A DNA stretch of 64,000 bases from the human T2T-CHM13v2.0 reference genome, Homo sapiens, in assembly GCF_009914755.1 (NCBI RefSeq), contig NC_060935.1. One strand, 5' to 3'. Position 1 is the stretch's first letter, and the number at the start of each line of letters is the position of its first letter. A program made the translations under genes and the position numbers. The notes beneath the pieces are model-generated. The model was not told the DNA's origin. It did not search any database and saw only the letters and a program-made list of their open reading frames with translations. Positions 53,597 to 64,000 of the stretch are shown piece by piece.

Positions 53597-53746
53597 GCCA
53601 GGTGCACTGGCTCACGCCTGTAATCCCAGCACTTTGGGAGGCTGAGGCGGGTGGATCACTTGAGGTCAGGAGTTCGAGATCAGCCTGACCAACACAGTAA
53701 TGAGGATCCCGCCACTGCACTCTAGCCTGGGCGACAAAGCTAGACT
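53597..53746 (+). mobile_element. Internally deleted AluS (left arm fused to the end of the right arm)
   Basis: ...GACCAACACAGT jumps to GATCCCGCCACTGCAC; no A-tail. Confidence 0.8.
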
Positions 53747-54160
53747 TAAGTGTTCATAGGTTCACTGGCTACTATGTTGAGAACAGACTAAAGGGGTGCA
53801 AGCTGGAAAAATAGGAGGTAGTACTCAGAGACTGAAAGGAATGAAGTGAGATTACACAGGAGTTGCAGTGATTGGGTATGGCATGGTTTGATGGTGTAGG
53901 GTATGGCCATAAGACTAAGTTGTTAAGAAAGGCACAGGATAAAATTGTTGGGCAAGGTCAAGGAGGTAAGTTGCTAACAGTTAAAATAGCAACGTTTGCA
54001 AGTGATTTACTCATATTCTGAAATGCTTTATTAACAGAAAAAGAGGAGTTGTGGTTAGTGAACTGGAAATTATACCTAAGAAAGTTTTGCATATCTGAGC
54101 ATTATTTTACAATGATTGCAGTGTAAAAGGCTTGAGAATTGCTTGTCTCAGGTGGACTTA

Positions 54161-54469
<309 letters not shown>

Positions 54470-55330
54470 TTACTAATTTACTTTACATTCAAGAAATTAT
54501 GGTTCAGAGATTTAATTCCTTGCCAAGATTACACAACTACTGAAGGCAGAACTTAACTCCAGATTTCTTTTTACCCCCAATTATGTTTATAGAATTGAGA
54601 TGGGCTCTAGCCATTTTCTTTTTAAACTTTCAAACGGTTTCCACACCTCACATACTTCTATCACCCTCCTACCATCACCACCTGAAATATCCTTCTCATG
54701 CTACCTTTTTATAAAACCTCTATCATCCTACTGTCACATTTCAGGGACAGCTTTATGGAATAACAGAATAAGCTGATCAGGGAGGGTCAGGAGAAACAAC
54801 TCAATCTTAATTATGGTGACATAAAACCTATTGTTTTGGCAGATACTCTTTAGCAAGCATGTACAGCAACTTGATATAGGAGGCTAAACTTCGTTATCTG
54901 ATGATAAATTTAGAGGGTACACCATCCTGCTGGAAGCATTAGGATGTAATATCATTCAAATCTCCAAATTCGAATTAATCCTCTCCTAACTTTAAACCCT
55001 AGCCTTCTCCTCCCTTACAGTGAATTCCTGGTTCATGCTATCTTCTACCAATCCCCTATCTGCTCATGTTGGCTTGGAATAACAATTCTCTGAGTGTACC
55101 ATATAATGCTTAGAATTTATGGCATGAGGGCTTATAAAATGCTTGCTGAAGTTAAAGGTGAAATGAGACAAGCAACATTTACATAGACTCCATGGAGCTA
55201 TGAGTTTTCTAGAATTGTATACAAAATTGGCAGTGTATATTCTATACTCATTTTTTCCAAGACAAGGTGTCTTACAGTTTTCATCAGATCCTCAAAAGGG
55301 CAAATCCCTCAAAATGTGGAGAATCACTAA

Positions 55331-55987
<657 letters not shown>

Positions 55988-57164
55988 TCAGTCTGCCCCA
56001 CAGATCAGCCTTCACTACCTGGTTATCTTTGGTGCCTGATTGTTCTGTGTTGGTAGTACGCAGCTATGGTGTCTGGCTAAATTTACCACTCATTATGTGG
56101 AGGAGGAACTCCATAAATTATACCGAGTTCAGGACAAAGCCTAGCTTCCCTCAAGTTTTCTGTGCGGTAACTGTACATGCCTTGAACCTGTCGGGGGTGG
56201 CCACTCCTGAAAGCTTCCATCTTGCAGCAGCAAAAGTGGTTCAAAGTGGAGTAGGCCCAATATCTTTCATGGCTTACTCTCATCTTCATGCTGAAGCCCC
56301 TCTAATTTACCAGGGTAATGAGGATCTGTCAGTACCTACTCTATTTCCTTCTTATGTCAAAACAATCCATTCTTAGATTGCAAAGTTGTAACTCAAACCT
56401 AGGTGGTTTTAAAAATCTTTTTTGTACTTGACTGACAATTAATTGTATTTAGGAAAGTGTTCTCGCATGTGGATGGTACTCATCCCTAGTTCTGTTCCTG
56501 ATGCTGTTTCCTTTCCTCTTATATTTATACTCTCTTAAGCACTTTAGTTGGTTTGTCGGTGGTGCAGATGTAAAGGGGTGGGTTGAACATCCGTATTTAT
56601 GCCAGTATTTTCCTGGAAATCTTCCAATGTCTGTAACATTGAGTGGATTTATATTTTATAATATAAATCAAATATAATAATTTATATATTTGTTATATAT
56701 AAATTATATTATTAAATTATATTTATAAAATAAATATAAATGTTCCTCTGGTGGTGGGAAGAACAGGTTACAAGAAATGAGTTTATAAGTAGGAGGCCAG
56801 TTAGGAGGCTACCACAGTCATTTAGGCAAGATATGAAAAGGGCCTGAACTAAATAAGGCAGTAAGGGACGCACAAAAAAGGTGATTGATATGTTTAATAC
56901 ATAATAGGAGGTAAAATAAATAAAACTTTCACTTTCAATGTAAGTAGTGATTAGAAATATGAGATACAATGGGTCATAAGATCCTAATAACAGACTTCAG
57001 TAAAAACTGGACAAGAGTCACTGTCAAATCCAAATAACATAAAACAGGGCTGAAGAGGCTGCTTAGCTTCCTTACAATAATTCAACCTAGGCTGGTTAGG
57101 AGTAGGATGCTTTATGATTGTGCACTTCCTTCCTAGGCATAGGACTGGGGTCTCCACACTGTAC

Positions 57165-57348
57165 CTGCACCAGATTTCAAACTGGACTCCACCTCCAGGC
57201 ACGAGGCCCTGTGCAGAGAAAGCACTTAGTAGGAGCCTTTGCACTGGAACCTCAGCTGGCAACAGGAGAGAGTGATGGTGTTCACTATTAAAGATGGGAT
57301 CTGGAACACAGAGTGTGGTTGCAGTTCTGAAGGGCTTCAGAGTAATTC
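57165..57348 (-). CDS. C2CD3: C2CD3 coding exon, 184 nt ([21 protein letters not shown]...VQFEIWCR)
   Basis: Within ORF 56984..57385; ttccaaag|GA ATT and TGC AG|gtacag; phase 1 to 2. Confidence 0.92.
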
Positions 57349-58562
57349 CTTTGGAAAAGAAAAGCATTTCAGAATAATCCAACATATGACTTAGTGTTTT
57401 CTTCTTCTTTCATGTTCTTCCAGTGAATATTACTTAGTAATTCCCTAGTAGTTATGGTTCCCTAAGGTCCCATGATAATACAGAAGAAAAAGATACCTTG
57501 CTGGTGGACAATTCATATATTGCCATACAAGTGCCAACACTTGTTAGGTTTTTTTTTTTTTTTTTTAATTATAGCCACCTTAGCTAGTATGAAATGGTAT
57601 CTTGGTAGTTTTGATTTGCATTTCCCAAATAAGTAATGATGCTCAGTATTTTTCCATGTGCTTATTAGCCATTTGTATATCTTTGGAGAAATGTCTATTC
57701 AGATCCTTTGCCCACTTTTTAATTGGTTTTTAAGAAATGATTGATTTGTAAGAGTTCTTTATATATTCTGTATATACAAATCTCTTATTTGAACCTCAAA
57801 ATCAACACTGGCAGCACTCTGGCAATCATTCTGGAACATACACCGAATGGCAAAAAGTTCGAGTCACCTGGTCTGTTTGTTCCCAGGTGAGAAAAAGGTG
57901 AGCGAGTTTGACTTCTTGTTTCAGCTCTCCGAGACTACCAGAAGATGGAGACAGTAGGAGGCAGTGAGAAGCTTCCAATCTGGGTACAGTAGGATGGGGT
58001 TTGAATCCCAACCTTGGCACTTGTTAGTGGGGCAGCCCCAAGCAAGTCACTTAATGCTTGTGAATCTCATTTTTTCTTTCATAAAATAAAGAAAACAGAG
58101 TCTACCAGGGTAAGTTGTTTTAGGAGTTAAGATAATGATCTATGTGAGATATGTATATGTACATATTTCCCTTAGGAACAGTGGTTCAGTATTCCTTAAT
58201 TCAGCGTTCATGGTGGCTTTACAGAACAGAACTACTGCGAGGAATAAGAATCAACTTATACTATGTGTATAGATAAGAGTGGGCATGTAAAGGATATAAA
58301 ATAGGGCAAATGCAAATAATTGGTAGAACTAGGTAAAGAGTATACCAAAGTTCTTTGTACTATTTTTACAGGTTTTTGTAAATTTGAAATTGTATCAAAA
58401 TAAAAAGCTACAAAAATAGTTAAAAAATAAAAAAAACTTGGCCTATCTCCTGTTTTACTGCCCAGTAAGACTAGAAATATTCAACAACACAAAATTCACT
58501 CAGAAAAAAAAAACTCTTAAGTATAATCTAATAAAAGAACCATATAAGAATAAGAAAGCCTA

Positions 58563-58757
<195 letters not shown>

Positions 58758-59166
58758 CTATTAAATGAAACAGAAACACTGGTGAGCTTTAAAGAGTAAC
58801 TTGCTTAGAATATTTCTGCTTCTCTATGAAGTCTGAGTATAGATAAAGAGATAAGTATAATTAGTTGATACTAAAATAGACACTTAATTTTCATTGTAAC
58901 TCTCACAACTACTCACTGTAAGTAGGCTAAACAGGATGTACTCTTGACTATGAGACTGGGTTAATATTAGGAAATCCATAAATGTAATTCAGTGCATTAA
59001 TGGAACAATAAAAATGATTAACACAAATGCTGAAAAGGCATTTGATAAAATTCAACATTTGTTCCTGATAAAAGCTCTTAATATACTAAGAATAGAAGGC
59101 TGTTCCCTTCATAGGAAAAATAATAAATCGTAAATTTAGAATAAATTCTACATTTAGAACAGCAAA

Positions 59167-59300
59167 GGAATGAGAAGTGAAGTGGAAGAAGGGTAACACC
59201 AGACCAAACTAATATCATAATTTAAGAAAAAAAGGAAAACTAATAGCCTACAGCAGACAGTGGCATCCACGATTCCAGCAGGACTCCTCAGTCTGGCCAT
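59167..59300 (+). repeat. 134-bp direct repeat, copy A (derived)
   Basis: 128/134 identical to 62435-62568 by manual alignment. Confidence 0.93.
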
Positions 59301-60211
59301 TCAGAATAGCAAACAGGTACTAATTACTATTTCAAATCAGTTGGGTATAACACCAGGACTGTCCAATAATGGTAAGGACTACTTTGGGAGGTAGTGAAGA
59401 CACTGTTACTAAAGGTAATAACAACAAATAATCGTGTATTTATTGAGGATTTACTATGAACCAGGCACTATACCAAACAGCTCACCTTCATTAAGTGATT
59501 TAACATGCAGAGCTAGTAACAGTGGAACCAGGTTTAGACTCAACGTAGTCTGACTCCAGAGTCAGTGTTCTTTATCCCTATTCTATACAGCAGATCTTAG
59601 AGAATGAATTATTCAGGAAAATTCAAAGGGGGAATTCAGCATTCAGAAAAGAGTTGAGACTATATGATATACATGTGTTTAACATTTTAACTACTAATCC
59701 AAAAAATCTAGAACAGAGACTGTATTAGGTCTCTGCTTTGAAATCTGAAAGCATATTTTAGCAATACCTGCTCAAAAATTTTCCTTAGAAAAACAGGAAA
59801 CTTGCAATTTGATTCCCTCGGGCAAAAAAAATTGAAAAAAAAAATCTCTCAGAGTCACAACAGCTACTTAATTTGGCCTTATAGTATCACAGCAATTTGA
59901 TATTCAGTTCTGCAAATGGTGAATTGGATGAGAGGCATGAGTAGAGGAGGAAAAACAATTGTTTTTATAGATATCTAATCCCACAGGTAAATCTTTCAAG
60001 GATTTCCTCTGTGCATGTAGTGAGAAACATTTTCTAACCTTTACTATGGAATTTAACAAAATCTGAGTCTACACTGCAAGATGACAGCCATACAACGCCT
60101 AAACAGACTTGGGGATATTAATGTGGCTTTTCTTTATTTGTGCTTTTATGTAATTTTCAACTTGAAAAATACGATTATCTATTGACAAACAATAATATCT
60201 AAGAAATAACT

Positions 60212-60578
<367 letters not shown>

Positions 60579-61159
60579 TTATTTTCCTAATAGTTCTTTC
60601 CCTGCTAGAGACATTTAAATTTGTCATTTGGGTTCAGACTTAAGAATATAACATACTTAAATGGTATGGATACTGAGATTTGGCTGTACTAGTAAAGACA
60701 ACAAATAGAAGATACAGTAGTACATGATACAGTGGAATAAAGACTGAACTTGAAGTTAGAAGACCTGTGTCTGAATCCCAATTCTCTCATTCCTAGTTAT
60801 GTGACCCCGGACAAGTAACCTAACCTCTTTGATTCTGTCTCATTATCTATAAAACAGAATAACAATAACCCACCTCAGGTAGTTGTTAGGGAAATAAACA
60901 TGAGAATGTATGTCAATGTGCTTTCTCAACTGGACAGCACCATACAAAAACAAATTACTTTTAAATTACTAGTAGATAAGCAAGCACTTCACAATGACTT
61001 TCCAGCATGGGCTCAGCCAATAAGCAGAGTAAGATTTTGCTGGCTTACATTTGGGATCACTCTCCACTCCCAATCTTTTTTAAAGGCAATTAAGCCAGTA
61101 AATTAGATAATTAAGATTTGGTTGTTCGATTGGATTTTCTTTATAAATTCAGGGAGCTA

Positions 61160-61660
<501 letters not shown>

Positions 61661-62434
61661 TTATTTCTTTCTTGACTCATTTTTTCAGTTTGTTAAAAAT
61701 AGATTTGCAACTGGAAAAGTAATAGTGGTTTTAAAAAATGTGTGCATCTGTCAGTAACCTACCAAATAAAAATTACCAGGCAGAGAAGTTCAAAATGTAG
61801 CAATTTGAAGGCAAGGAATGTGTCTGATATGTCTCTGTAGCATTATGGACCCAAGTCCAGTGTCTGTGATTTGAACAGTATCTCATGGAGCTTTGCTAAA
61901 CTGCATTATTTTAAAGGGAGGAAGTGTGGTCTACTAGGAAGAATGTGGACTTTGGTGTCTGACAGATAAGATTTGGAAAATATTGCCAATATCTGCCATC
62001 TACTAAGTGCTTAGTATGTGCTAGGCATTTTATAGTATTTCTAATCCTTTTAACGCTGCAAAGGTTGGTATTATCCACTATTAATGGATGAGAAAAGCCA
62101 AATTTAAAGAGGTTAAGTAACTTAGCTAAGGATACACAACTAGTAGGAGGTTAAGTTGGGATTCAAGCTCTGATAAATGATTTATAATGCCATGCTGAAT
62201 CTTAGCTCTGCCACTTATTTGCTGTGTGACTCAAGCAATTCATTTAACATTTTTGAGTCTGTTTTGTCATTTTTAAAACGTACGCAATGAAAAAACTTCC
62301 ATCAAAGAGTGGTTGTTAGGACTAAACTGAGATAACATACAAAATACCAACTATGATGCTTGGTACATGGAAGATGCCCAGTAACTGGTAGTTACTATTA
62401 TTTTACACACTCTGAGCAAAGAATGAGATCTAAT

Positions 62435-62568
62435 GGAATGAGAAGTGAAGTGGAAGAAGGGTAACACTAGACCAAACTAACATCATAATTTAAGAAAAAA
62501 AGGAAAACTAACAGCCTACAGCAGACAGTGGCATCCACGATTCCAGCAGGACTACCCAGCCTGGCCAT
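62435..62568 (+). repeat. 134-bp direct repeat, copy B (probable source)
   Basis: 128/134 identical to 59167-59300. Confidence 0.93.
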
Positions 62569-62963
62569 GATTTCCAATGTTACTGTTGTAAGTATTAATA
62601 CTCAGCTGTTCACAGAAGGCATATCCATGTATTTTCTCTCTAGATCTTCACGATTGTTCCACAAGAGAGATAGGTAATCTACTATCACCCTCATTTTACA
62701 GATGAGGAAAAGAAAGTCAGAGAGGTTAAGTGACTTCTGCAAGTTAAAGGACAAATTTCTTCATCTGTAATATAGGGATAATAACAATACTTTATAGGGT
62801 TATAGTAAGGTTCAAATGAGCTAATGCCCACAAAGGTGCTCTTTGTAAAATGTAAAACACAACATTTAAAACACAGAACTATGAGAAGGCTGCTAGGAAA
62901 GAGGTCAGTGCTAAAATAATTAAAAATCAGAATCTTGAGTCAAAATTAAAAAGGAACAGTTTA

Positions 62964-63312
<349 letters not shown>

Positions 63313-63872
63313 TTAATCAATACCCCACCTACGTGTTAAAAGTGAGGTGGAGCAATCAAATCTGAAGGTCTAAAAGATAATATTCACTATATAAAACTTG
63401 CAAATAGTTGATGTGAACAATACTGAAGTTCCGTGACAGAATGGTAAACCACCTTTTGAGAGGTGGTAACTTTTGACAATAGAGTTTTTTGGTGAAGTGT
63501 GGACTCCAGAGCCATGCTATCTTGGGTCCTAACCCTTCACTTTATAATGTATGTGACAAGTAATTTAACTTCTCTGAATCTCTGTTAACTCATCTGTACA
63601 AAAAAGCAAATAGAAGTACCTGCCTCAGAGGGTTTGTCAAGAAGATTAAATGACTTGATGTTGCAAGGTTTTTAGCATAGTGCCTGAAACATGGTAAGCA
63701 ATATCTCTAAGACTGCTTTAGAATAGGAGAAAGAGCAGCAACTCTGTTGAAACTGGAAAAAGTCCTTCAAGGGATTACTGGGCTATTCATGTTTGCAAAT
63801 CAAAAGAATTCCTTTTCAGTCCATGCAAAGTTAAAGATGCACAATAAAGAATACTCCAAAAGGTCCTATTTA

Positions 63873-64000
<128 letters not shown>

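Noticed and set aside
56017-56376. Non-repetitive intronic stretch with overlapping ORFs (115 aa +, 68 aa -) and possible ag/gt ends
   Set aside because: The flanking exons already join in frame, the polypyrimidine tract is weak and there is no recognisable homology. A poison exon cannot be excluded without RNA or conservation data.
59167-59300. Duplicated 134-nt unit as an intronic H/ACA or C/D snoRNA pair
   Set aside because: The size fits, but I see no correctly placed box H/ACA or C/D motifs or two-hairpin structure on the gene-sense strand.

Overview
Human/primate genomic DNA. The whole window lies inside one minus-strand gene that I recognise as C2CD3 (centriolar C2-domain protein, ciliopathy OFD14). 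I traced 16 coding exons, the first truncated by the window edge at 64000. All have GT-AG boundaries and their phases chain into one open frame from 64000 down to 796. The introns are dense in repeats: about 20 Alus, a full-length L1PA5-like element, a 5'-inverted L1, old L1/L2/MIR fragments, hAT/Tigger/piggyBac MITEs and LTR relics. I see no novel gene system, and most listed ORFs are Alu/L1-derived or spurious. The most interesting signals are fossil recombination and retrotransposition events: (i) a twin-primed L1 with a 3' transduction ending at an LTR-like poly(A) signal; (ii) a 134-bp non-repeat segment copied 3.3 kb across an exon and flanked by a 16-bp duplication; (iii) a full-length L1 with two tandem 3' ends inside one TSD, a nested younger antisense L1, and an antisense promoter/ORF0 pointing into C2CD3; (iv) a ~150-bp orphan polyadenylated retrocopy and a tiny hY3 retrofragment. 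Repeat subfamily names are from memory of consensus sequences and need RepeatMasker/Dfam confirmation.
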